Positions 13,166 to 24,500 of a DNA stretch of 64,000 nucleotides are shown piece after piece. The DNA is from Psilocybe cubensis (Eukaryota). A program made the translations under genes and the position numbers. The notes below the pieces were generated by a model. It ran no database searches. It was not told the origin of the DNA and saw nothing but the letters and a program-made list of their open reading frames with translations. Where the stretch lies: contig CM039004.1 of the NCBI GenBank assembly GCA_017499595.2, positions 2,542,001-2,606,000 on the forward strand. The letters are read 5' to 3'. Every line of letters starts with the position of its first letter. Position 1 is the stretch's first letter.

Positions 13166-14600
13166 TCAATTGCGAACGGGTTCTGTGAGGTACTCCTTCA
13201 CGATACTCTGAACCTTCGGTTCAACTTTGACCAATTCTTCAATCAAATCATCCTACAAATCAAAAAAAGCAAAACAAAAAGACAGATTTCAGCATAAAGT
13301 CGCAGAACAACCAACAAAAAAAAACGAAATAAAAAGAAACAAAAAACACAACGAACACGTACCCAAATCTTATCCCCCGCCTCCCTGCCCTCTTTACTAA
13401 CCACATAATCACTCGGCTCCTTGACAGAGCACAAATCAACATATGCGCCTCTCAGCTCGTCTCTCCTCCCCTCTTCCTCACCACCCAGCGCAGCCCACAC
13501 GAACACCCGCGCACCATCGTCCGCCGTCCGCCCGAACAAGCCATCCATAACCCACATCACGAACCGCGCGCGCGCGGGGAGGTTCCGCCGGAGCCCTGTC
13601 TTGCAGAATCCGGGGTTGGCGCTGTTGGTGATGAGCGGTTTGCGGTGTAGGCGCTCGGAGAGGGCGCGCACAAGGAGGATGTTGAGTACTGTGTGACGGT
13701 GTTAGTGAAGTGAGATTGAATATACGAGGAGGGTGTGTAGGAACTAGACGTACGTTTTGTGGTTTGATACCGCCCTGGTGGCATACTGGATATATGCGGT
13801 GTCCGAGTCGAGATTAGTACTGTTTTGAACAAGGAGGGAAGAGATGACGCACGTTGAACCCAGATGGTCTTTATGCGCGAACGCGCGGAAGAAGTTGGGC
13901 GAGTTGAGAGAGCTTTTGTCAAGACTTGGGATCTCGTGGTGCGTTTCGCTGCTCGCGACCACGATGCGCGGGTATGTGTGGTATTTCTGTGCCGTCTCGA
14001 GCATTCGCGGGAGGAGGAGCAGGGAGAGGAGGGTCGTTGACATATCATTAACCTGTGTTCTGCGATAAAAGTGAGCAAAAATGAACCAAGATTGCGTGTA
14101 TACTTGTTTCAGGGATTGGGATGGACACTCTTGACACTTACGATAGCTCCCAGCCGTCCTTGGTGAAGTCTGGATTGACAGTGGCGATACCGGCGTTTTC
14201 CACCAGGATGTCGAGACGGTCGCATTCTCTTTCAAACTTGTCGCAGAACGCGCGTACAGACGCGAACTCGGCGAGTTCGAGCGCCCACGCTTCGACACTC
14301 GCGCACCCCGTCTCACCGCGGATCTCTGCATGAGTGTGAATTAGAACAGTACTTAAAAGTGTGAAGCAAGGTAAAAGGCAAGGACGACTTACGCGCTGCA
14401 ACTTCCTCGCCTCTTTTCTGGCTCCGCGACGTCAGGATGAGTTTGGCAGGGTTCATACGCGCGAAGTTTCGGACGACTTCGAGGCCTATACCTGTGTTCC
14501 CGCCTGTGACGATGACCGTTTTCCCGGAAAGGTCCTGTTTTTGGACAGGTGGGATAGTTGTCCATTGCGCTCTGACGAAGTCGAAAAATGTGTACTTCAT
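13166..14600 (-). CDS. Short-chain dehydrogenase/reductase, SDR-2
   Basis: [23 protein letters not shown] and NPGFC; last exon DDLIEELVKVEPKVQSIVKEYLTEPVRN*; five introns. Confidence 0.92.
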
Positions 14601-15935
14601 TGTAATGAAATTTGTAGTAGTAGGGCACGGGTTGGTGGTTCAGTTATTGGGTGTACTGATTTTGTTCGAGGTGAAGCAAGAGTGGGATGGCACTAGGCAG
14701 CTGGGGAGGTCGTATAGATTGCATTCCGTGCCCAATCGTCCTCTTAATATAGCAAAAATGCACCAATGAAAAGCGAACGAACAAGAGCGGATAGATGCAA
14801 CGAAGGAGGGGGGTCTCAGTTTGCCTCCGACCTGAACTGATAGCAGCCATACCTGCAGATTGAGCGAATTCTATAACCCCCCTGTCGTATCTCACATGGC
14901 ATAGCAAGGCACACGTAGCTCCTACGGCAACGGCAGGCTACAGCGTAATCAAGAGCTCGAAAGATAGCCGTACGGACTGGCTAACTGCCTATGGTACGTT
15001 CAGTGTACAAAAGGTGAATGGTTATTAGATGGTGGTCAGGACTCGGGAGCTGTTGACGTTGAAGATCTCAGCATCGGCAACGCCCGTCCGGATTTCCGAG
15101 AGGACATGCGAAGCTTGGTCCCTTGTACTGAACAAACCACCATGGCTTATGCATTTCTCCCCAGTTCGACATAATTCCGGTGCAAGGATCGACGCGCATA
15201 CAAACATTATCTAGCTACTAGACTCTAAAGATAGGCAAGACGTGTGACGGTGTTTCTGTACGCGGTTCTCGGTGAAAGCTGGTTTGTGGTCATGGAAGTT
15301 TTTTGGAATTGAAGATCGGATGAGGCTCCGAGGGCACTTCATATCGTCTCTGTTACTCCATTGAGACACTCGGTGAAGCGTGGTGGGGCGGAAATCCGGC
15401 TAGAGGATACGTATGAGTGGTAAGTACCAGTGGAACGCACTTTGTTGAAGGGGGGGTTTCAATTTTGAAGCTTTGGGATGTTTGGACATAGATTGTCAAT
15501 GTTTTAGAGGGTCCGAGTATAAGAGGTAGTGTAATCGGAACACAAATAGTTGAAGAGAGATACCGTACACTAACATTGACTTGATAGATACATGGCAGCC
15601 CCGGCGTACTTACACATAACTGCACTGGCGCATTGCAAGACGCGTCTCGTGGGAAATTCACACTTCCAATAGCGCACCGCGCACCGGCTGCTGTACCAAA
15701 CTTTCTCCGTCCTTCACCACCACCAAAATCCGCAGAGCCGTATTTCTAAACGCAAGGCAGACCCCGTAGAAAATACAATTCTCCAAAAGCTAGCAGTATT
15801 ACGAAGCGCATCCGCACAGTGAGGCCATCAGATCTCGATTAGCGCATGGGCGTCTACTTCAGTCAAGTTACTCGATCGGACTCGGAGGGGCGTTGATTGA
15901 CGGACATGGGTCCATCGACAAATTCATACCTCTCT

Positions 15936-17520
15936 TCAGGTCGTTGTAGTAACAACAACATCCACCCCGGTCCTCTTCTCCAAAAGAGCGCGCATTTTCT
16001 CCTCAATCCCAAGTTTCCACGACCGTACATGGTAGTCGAGATCTTTAGGATCACATCGTACCGGACGCCGAAGCTCAACGTCGAACACAATCCGGGAGAC
16101 ACCCCGAAAGCACGGATGCGCCAGGTGAACAGCTAGCTCAGGGTCTACACCAAACTCATCCAAGTAGTTTTCCGGCGATGCCAACGTCTTTGGGCCCATT
16201 TTGAATCTAATGTAGACCTCGGACAGGGAGGGAGGGGGTGTTTGGAGGCAAGGCCTTAAGGGTACAGGCAAGTATCCCATGTTGTTGGCTCTTTCACAGC
16301 AGATCACCAAGGAACGCAGGTTTGTGAGGTGGCTATATCGCACTATTGGTGCTTCATTGCCGGGATATACTATAACGTTGTGGAAAGGAGTGAAGCGAGT
16401 CAGTTATGTTGTGTTGGGAACAAACTTTTGATATTTATGGGCACGGCAGCGCTTACCTAGGAGATGGTTTTGTATGCGCAGAGATACCAGATTTGGTGTC
16501 TGTTTGAGCATGTCGTTGAGAGTTTCCACTGATTGGTCGCCGTGCATTTCTGCCTCGAGCTTTAAGACGCAGGGTAGTTGTGCTAGTGGCACCGGGAAGG
16601 GGCCCGACGCTTTGCAGCCTGCCTCGCCGTCATTGTTTTGCTGAGCTTAACAGTGATAAGACATCCTGTAATTCAAGGGTGTACCCGATGACCAGGGATT
16701 CAACTTGGGGCGGTAAACATGCGTCGTTGCACTGATCTACGCCAATGATGTCTGCATCAGGTTGAACCGTAGAAATCTGGCGTAGGGCTAGATGCTTGAT
16801 ACCGGAACCCCTGAGAAGGCTCGTTGGTATACTGTCGATGCCGCAGAGGGACAGCTTGTTGATATTCGAAAAACGCAAAAGCCGAAGAAACGACTCTCGA
16901 ACTGCTGGGGTGATCGTGTTCCACGACACGTTCCCCGGGGATCCGAAGTAATTTATCAAGAAATCAAAGTGGTATACCTGGTTTGCAGTGGAGGATGATG
17001 GAAGGGAGCTCGGAGCGCGGAATAGGTTGTCCAATACAAACGCCCAGTCTTCACTAGCGCACTGGACTGACTCGGAAGTTTCTGATTCTGAATCAGCGGC
17101 ACCGCTGGCCTCCGACTCCGAGTCGGAGGTATGTATTACCCACACGCCAAAGTCAGTCGTAAAGTCGAGTATACTCCCCATCATCGTTGAACTCGGAGCA
17201 AGTTTAACCAACGCCTGATGACTACGAACGACACTAGTGAGGCTCGTCATCCATTTGTTCGCTTGCTTTAAAGTGATGTTGTGCAACACGGAAGGACATC
17301 TGAGCGTGCTGAACCGATGTCTGTTCGCGTGAATGCGGAACCTGTGCGATGTGCTGGCGATGGCGGAGAGGATGGGGCTGGTGTGTGTCCTGCCTTTTCC
17401 TGATATCTGCTTGAGAACGTCTTGGATGATGCTGTCGATGATTTCTACGGGAAGTGATGGGGTGTTGTGGATGGCTGCATCCAGGGGCGACTCGGGCCTC
17501 TCGAAGTTGGGAGACATCAT
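15936..17520 (-). pseudogene. F-box-like/LRR-like protein gene with an apparent 1-bp frameshift near 16636 (pseudogene or assembly error)
   Basis: F-box-like start SLPVEIIDSII. The frame stops at 16630, but coding-like sequence (TPNLVSLRI, a GTAAGC intron, SHLTNLRSLVI) continues in a shifted frame that is open only from 16646. Confidence 0.55.
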
Positions 17521-17988
17521 AAGCGCTTTGGAAATGCCCAACGGTCAACAGTATGTATCGTTTGGATCCCTTGGATGTCCTAGTCATGATCTTTTCAATC
17601 TCTCACATAGTACGGTCCTAATAATATCATCAGTAGGTATAAATAGTCGCCGGCGGTTGATTGAACAGTTTATCTTGGTAGGAGAACCTGGAAAAGAAAG
17701 AGCCATCGTTCATAAATGAAATACGGAAAGACTTGATTCCTGAACGCGAAAAAATGGCATAATATGGATGATGAGATCATCACGGCGTGAAACCCGAGAA
17801 GACGGTCATGGTACTTATGTACCATACATGATACTACAGCAGAGCAGGGCTGCCGACGCAGAACTGGACCAACCAAGACTGGATCGGCGAACACAGTGGG
17901 TGCACATCACCATTCTCTTCTCCCTACCACCACCTTCCTACCCTTTCATACCTTTCATACCCCACCACCACCACCACCACCACCACCA

Positions 17989-19658
17989 ATGAAACTCAAA
18001 CTCACCGACTTCATCCGGGACCAATACACCTCCCTCTCCCTCCCATCCCCATCCCAATCACAACTAACGAACAAAACCATCCTCATCACCGGCGGCAACA
18101 CCGGCCTCGGCTTCGAAACAGCTGTGCACTTCGCATCGATGGCGCAGCCGCTGGCGCCCGCGCGCGTCGTGATCACGTGTCGGACGGCGGAGAAGGGGGC
18201 GGAGGCTGTGGCGCGGATTGTTGGGCGTGCGGGCGGGAGGGCGGTTGCGGTTGCGGTTGCGGGGGGTGTTGACGTTGGGGGAGGGCAGGGAAAGGGAAAG
18301 GGTGAGGTAGAAGGAGAGGGAGAGGGAGAGGGAGAGGGGCAGGGGCAGACAGCGGAGGAAGATGGGAAGGTGAGAGTCGAAGCGCGCGTCCTGGAGCTCA
18401 CGGATTTCGCGTCGGTCCGCGCGTTCGTGGACGCGTTCGAGCGCGCGCATGAGAGGCTCGACATTCTCCTCGCCAGCGCAGCTGTATCACCTACCAAGCT
18501 CGGGTTCACAGCCGACGGATGGGAGACGACGTGAGTCCTTTTCATTTTTTTCTCTTCATTACTTTCCGAATCTCTAATGATGATATGATGGTTACCGTTA
18601 CCGGATAAACGCAGGACACAAGTGAACATCCTCTCCCCCGCTCTTCTCACACTCCTCCTCATCCCATGCATGATGCGCACCGCGCACCGATACAAAACGA
18701 CACCGCGCATCCTCCTCGCGACGAGCGAGCTACACCATATGGCCACGCTCGACGCCGCTATGCTCGATTCAGGCCGCTTTTTTAGGATGTATGGGTATAA
18801 AGACGATATGGATATCAAAACGTGAGTCATACTGACACACATGAACATCGATGGAGTTTCTGTGCATTTGCATTTGCCTTTGTGTAGCACTGTGTTTTTT
18901 TTAGACGCGCGCTAATTTGAAGGTGTGTTATTTTTAGATTCGACGCGGGGAAGCAGTATTTCTCGACAAAAGGCAAGCCTCCTTCAAAATCCTACTGGTA
19001 CTCACAAAATCTCACTAACACACCATCCCATAACAAAACAGTATTAACGATCCTATTCATCCGAGCGCTCGCCGCGCGCCTCGCAGTGCACACACCCTCT
19101 TCTTCCTCTTCCTCTTCCTCTTCCTCTTCCCAAAGCACCACCCCCACCCCCACCACCCCCGCCCGCCCCCTAATCCTAGCCGCCGCACCAAACCCAGGCC
19201 TCTGCCGCACCGCCCTTCGACGCCACTTCTCGGGCGTGCTGTATGTGCTTACGACGGTGCTGGCGTGGGTGGTGGGCCGTAGTGCGGAGGTGGGGTGTAG
19301 GGTTTTTGTGTGGGCTGCTGTTGCTGGCTCGGGTGCTGGTGCTGGATCGGGTGGTGGATCGGGTGATGGTGCTGGTGATGGATCGAGTGCTGGCTCGGTT
19401 GCGGGTGGGGGTGGAGGTGGGGATGCCAGTGCCCGTGCAAGTACTAGTGCAAATGCAAGAGGAAATACATATGTGGACGAAACCACCCTCCACGGCGCAT
19501 ACATATCCACGAACCGCGTAGACGAGCCAAGCGACTACATCGTCAGCGCCGAAGGCGCGCGCGCGCAGGAGAGGGTGTGGGATGATCTCGTGCGTGAGCT
19601 GGCGCGTGTGGATCTGCGCGTTGAGGGTGTTGTGCGGGAGTTTTTGGGGGGGTGTTAG
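17989..19658 (+). CDS. Short-chain dehydrogenase/reductase with low-complexity loop insertions, SDR-3
   Basis: TGGNTGLG, RLDILLASAA, YFSTK, PNPGLC and EPSDY. Introns at about 18531-18615, 18822-18937 and a GC-AG intron at 18973-19041. Confidence 0.88.
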
Positions 19659-20304
19659 GGTTGTTAGGGTTGGGGGTTGGGGGTTGGGCTGGGTGAGTGA
19701 TGGGAGTGTGGAAGGGTGTAGGGGTAGGGAAAAGGGTACAGGGTGTGAAGTTGGTGTGGAGAAACGTTTTGCGCGGGGGATGTTGATACCCCAACAAATA
19801 TAGTGGAGCGTATTTTTTGATAATGTACTGTGATCGTTGATCGTTGGGCAGTAATACTATACTATACTATACCATTTCTTTTTCCTTTTGTTACGCTATA
19901 ACGGTTTTACGATTTCATTTTTTTTACAGCGATATCTGATTTCTGGATTTTGAATCTGTAGTCTATTGCCTGTTGTCTGGGAACGAAGTTCAAACAGACA
20001 GATATATAGATCTATCTATCTATATATATATCTACGACGCGTTGAAAACCTGAGAATGCGCTCTACTGCATTTTATTTGATTGACCATTGAGCATTGAGC
20101 ATTGAGCATTGAGCACTAAGAGCATCGACCAAGAAAAAACAATACGACAATCAGAAATCCGAAAGGAAACGAAGAAGGAAGAACGAAGATCGGAATTAAA
20201 TAGGCGGAAAAGGAAAAGACAGAAGATGGAAGATGGAAGATGGCAGTAGCGAAAAGCGAAAAGCGAAAAGTAAAGCGGAAGCGGGGGTGTACAAAGAGGT
20301 GTAC

Positions 20305-20430
20305 AAGGAGGTGTAGAACGAGAAGGAGGTGTAGAACGAGAAGGAGGTGTAGAACGAGAAGGAGGTGTAGAACGAGAAGGAGGTGTAGAACGAGAAGGAG
20401 GTGTAGAACGAGAAGGCGGTGTAGAACCAG
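20305..20430. repeat. 18-bp minisatellite (AAGGAGGTGTAGAACGAG), 6 perfect copies plus 1 imperfect
   Basis: Units start at 20305, 20323, 20341, 20359, 20377, 20395 and 20413. Confidence 0.95.
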
Positions 20431-21529
20431 ATGGGATATTGCGAACAGGAACATGCGTTGTAAATCTGCATGACGTTTTAAATAAAGTCTAAAAAATGAA
20501 CAAGAAAAAGAGGAAGCGAAAGAAAAGGACAGAGTGTGAGAGGCGCAGAGGCTGGGATTGTTGTACTAACAGATGTGAGGTGGACAAGGCAAGAAACGAG
20601 ATGAGAGACAAAAAAACACACGCAACGCAGAGAAGAGGCGAAAAGAGGAATAAATAAGTACGTAGCAAGCCGACGGAGACGGAGAGATTGATATCAATAA
20701 ATAATATATAGACAGACACTGTAGCCCAAGAAAAGATATGATTGCTGTATTATGTAGATTGACACGGGAACAAAAAAAAACACGACATGACAAGAAAGGG
20801 ATCAGCGAGATGTGGAACGGAGGAGAGCAAAGTTGATAAATAGGGTTCAAACAACAGACGGAACGATGAACGATGAACGATGTACGATGTACGATGGCGC
20901 AAGAGAGGGTTGGGGAAAGGACGATTCGATGGGTGGAGGAAGAATCAAATAATTAAGGAGAACAAGAACAAGAACGAGAACGAGGATAAGGACAAGGGGT
21001 GGGTGATGAAAAGTGGTATGTATTCATGCATGCCAAAAAAGAAGAAAGAAGGAAAAGAAGAAAGAAGGAAAAAAAGAAAGCAAGAAGGAAGCAAAAAAGA
21101 AAGAACTCGAGAAAACTGCGAAAAAGAAATATTAAGAGTCGATGATTCGATGCACAGCATGAACTTGAACTTGAACTTGAACTTGGGGGATATTAGGGGT
21201 GGTGGTACATGGCATGATGATTGGTAATTTTGAGTTGTGTTGTGTTGGGATGAGATAGGATGATGATGATGATGTATGACTGTTGGTGGTATTAGCGGTG
21301 AACAGAGCGTGGTGAAAGTGTGCAGGGTTAGGATGAATGTCGATGTTGGCGAGGATAGGAACATGGATGGACCAGAGAAGCAGAGAGGTCTACGCGGTAG
21401 CAGTGGCTATTGAAGCGACACCAAAGTGGGACGACCGCGGAGAGACGCACGCACAAGCGCATCCACCTCGACCCCGAGTCTCCTCTCCTCTCCTCCACAA
21501 AAAGCACAAAAAACGAAAGCAACCTCAAC

Positions 21530-24500
21530 TTAATCAGCCATGTCGCTCCTCCGGCCCTGCGAGCCAGCATATCCATCCTCCTCCTCCTCGCTCCCCTCCT
21601 CCGCCGACTCCTCCGGCGCAATAACGTGCATCTGGCCCCCGATCCCACTGCTCAGCACCGTCGTCGGTCCGGCTGCGACGACCATGTGCCCACCGCCGCC
21701 GCTGCCGCCGTGCCCGCCTCCGCCCTTGCCGCCGCCCTTTTTGCCTGTTGTGCCTGCTTTCTCTTTGTACCTCTTTTTGATCTAGAAAAGAAAGATCAAG
21801 GGAAGGTGTGAGGAAGAGGATGGCAAATGAGTATGACAGCACGCACCATCTTCGCGTATACGAGCCCACAAGCATTGCACAACGTCCGCGGGCCTAGATA
21901 GATAAGAAACACATTAAAAATTGATATTTCTTTTTTCTAACCACCAGATACGCAGAACACAACATGAAGCGGAAACGCACCCAAAGGACCGCGGCGCCAC
22001 TCGGGCGTCGACGTCGCGTTGCACCCCAAACACGTCTGACCATCCGACTGGTTTTCACCCTCGGACGCCGACACTTTCTAAAAATAGACACGACGGTTTT
22101 TTAGTATGTTGACATGATAAAAAACAAAAAGAAAATAACCTGGCGCTTTGCAGAGGCGGGGGCGGTAGTGGTAGCAGGCGCGAGATCCTTGCTGTCCTTC
22201 TTCGTCTCTCTGTCCCTCTCTCTGTCCCTCTCTCTATCTCTATCTCGGTCTCTATCTCTATCTCTATCCCGCTCACGCTCTCTATCCCTCTCCCTCTCCC
22301 TATCACGCTCTCTATCCCTCTCACTCTTCACACCGCCCTTTGCAGACTTTGTATCGTCGCGCATCACCACATCGCCGCCTTTCACACCCACACCCCCATT
22401 CGTGCCCCCGCTCCCACTCACATTGTCCACAACCATCGCCATCGCCATCTTCGACGATGACGAAGAAGACGACGACGATACAGCCCCTCCTCCTCCAGAG
22501 CTCGACGTAGAGCTCATAAGAGGCGTAGGCGGCGCATTCCTGCGCGCTGCACTCTGTCCACTCGACGCATATCCGTACTCCGTCCCCGCCCCCGCCCCCG
22601 TCCCAGTAGACGTGGTACCCGCAGACGGCATAGCACCCGCCAACGAGCTGCCCCCCACGCCAACCCCATTCGGCGGCGACGCAGGCAACGACATCGACGC
22701 ACCCCCACCCCCACCCCCCTGCGCATGCTTCAAAGCAGCTTCGAGCATCTGCATCCCCAACATCGCATTCTGCAACATCTTATCCACCATCTCAGGCGAC
22801 ATACCCGCGAGCTTCTTGTCCGTCCCGTTCCCGTTCCCGTTCCCGTTCAGCCCAGCACCATTGCCATTGCCATTCGTCATCCCATTGCTCGCGCCGTTCC
22901 TCCCACTCCCACCACCGCCGCCGCCACCGCTGAGCGTCGAACTAGACGCAGACGAGTCAGGGCGGCTGTCCGGCCCTGGTCCATTTACATGCCCGTTCGT
23001 ACTCGCGCTGTTGTAGCCGTTGCCGCTGACGCTTATCCCGTTCAGCTGGTCCATCAACGCGCCGTATGCGTTTACCATCTGGATATAAATGCGTGCATTA
23101 GTATGTTTTCTTTTGTTTCGTTGCAGGAAAGAAGGAAGAAATTGCGCATATATGAACCCATTAACCCACAAAACCGAAAAAAAATCCAAAAAAAAATATC
23201 ATCAAAGATACACTTCGCGCATACAAGAACACCACCCACCACACGCGCCTTCCCAGAAAACAAAAAGACGCGCATACATGACCCGCGACCCGCGACCCCG
23301 ACCCATAGAACAAAACACAAAACACAAAGCACAAAGCACACACACACAGACACAAAAGAAAAAGAACCCCCAAAACGCGAAAAACCGCGCATACACGAAC
23401 CACAAAGCACAAACCACACAAAAAAAGTACAACACAAAGAAACTAAAAAAAAACACACACCTTTGAATAATGCCCATCCTGTCCTGCACCTCCTCCAGAA
23501 CCCGCACCCGCACCCGCACCCACACCTACACCCGTACTTACACCTCCCAACCCCGCACCCAACCCCCCTGCCCCTGCCCCTCCCACACCGACACCGACAC
23601 CTCCCAAACCCACACCAGCAGCACCACCAGAGCCCCCAATCCCGACCCCCAAAGCCTGCGCCTGCGCCTGGTGCCCAGGCCCAACAAGCTGCGTCTGCTG
23701 CGGCTGGATACCCTGGCCCTGCCCATGCCCATGCGTTGACTGGGGTGTGTACGTCAGCTGCGGCGTCTGCGCCTGCGTTTGCGTTTGCGGTTGCGGTTGA
23801 GTCTGTGTCTGCGTGGGTTGTGGTTGTGTGTGTGCCTGTGTTGATGTGGGCGTCGGCGTTTGATGTACGTGCGCATGCGCGTGGATCGGTGGGGGTGCTT
23901 GGTTTTGGTTTTGGTGTTGGTGCTGCAATGAATGCTGCTGCTGCTGCAGTTGATGATGCGTTATGGGCTGGTGCTGTGATACATGTGGTATATGCTGCTG
24001 CTGCTGCTGCTGCTGTTGATGCTGCGACACATGCGGCGGCAAAGGCTGCTGCTGCTGCTGGTGTTGCGACACATGAGGCGGCGGCTGGTGCTGCGAGACG
24101 TGCGGCGGAGGCGCAGGCTGGTGTTGCTGGTGCTGGTGCTGATGTTGGTGTTGGTGCTGCGACACGTGCGGCGGAGCCTGGTGTGAAAAGTGTTGCGGTG
24201 GAGGCGGCGGCGGAGCATATTGCTGCTGCTGCTGCTGCTGCTGTTGGTTCGGTGGAGGCTGAGGCTGATACTGAGTCTGAGTCTGAGGTTGAGGTTGATA
24301 CTGCGTCTGCGCCTGAGTCTGCGCCTGAGTTTGACTTTGACCCTGAGCTTGAGCTTGACCCTGAGCTTGAGCTTGAGTCTGATAATGACTCTGCGTCTGC
24401 TGACTCTGCAAATGCGCAGGCGGCGGCTGATAATACTGCTGCTGCGGCGTCAACGGAGGCGGGGGCGCGGGCTGGGTCTGATACGACGGCGTCGGTGGCT

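Noticed and set aside
17955-18890. 311-aa minus-strand ORF
   Set aside because: Antisense shadow of the GC-rich SDR-3.
20305-20430. CRISPR-like array
   Set aside because: The repeats are head-to-tail with no spacers, and the sequence is eukaryotic.
20116-20473. ORFs encoding (LHLLLV)n, (FYTSFS)n and (RRRCRT)n
   Set aside because: Translations of the stop-free 18-bp minisatellite in several frames.
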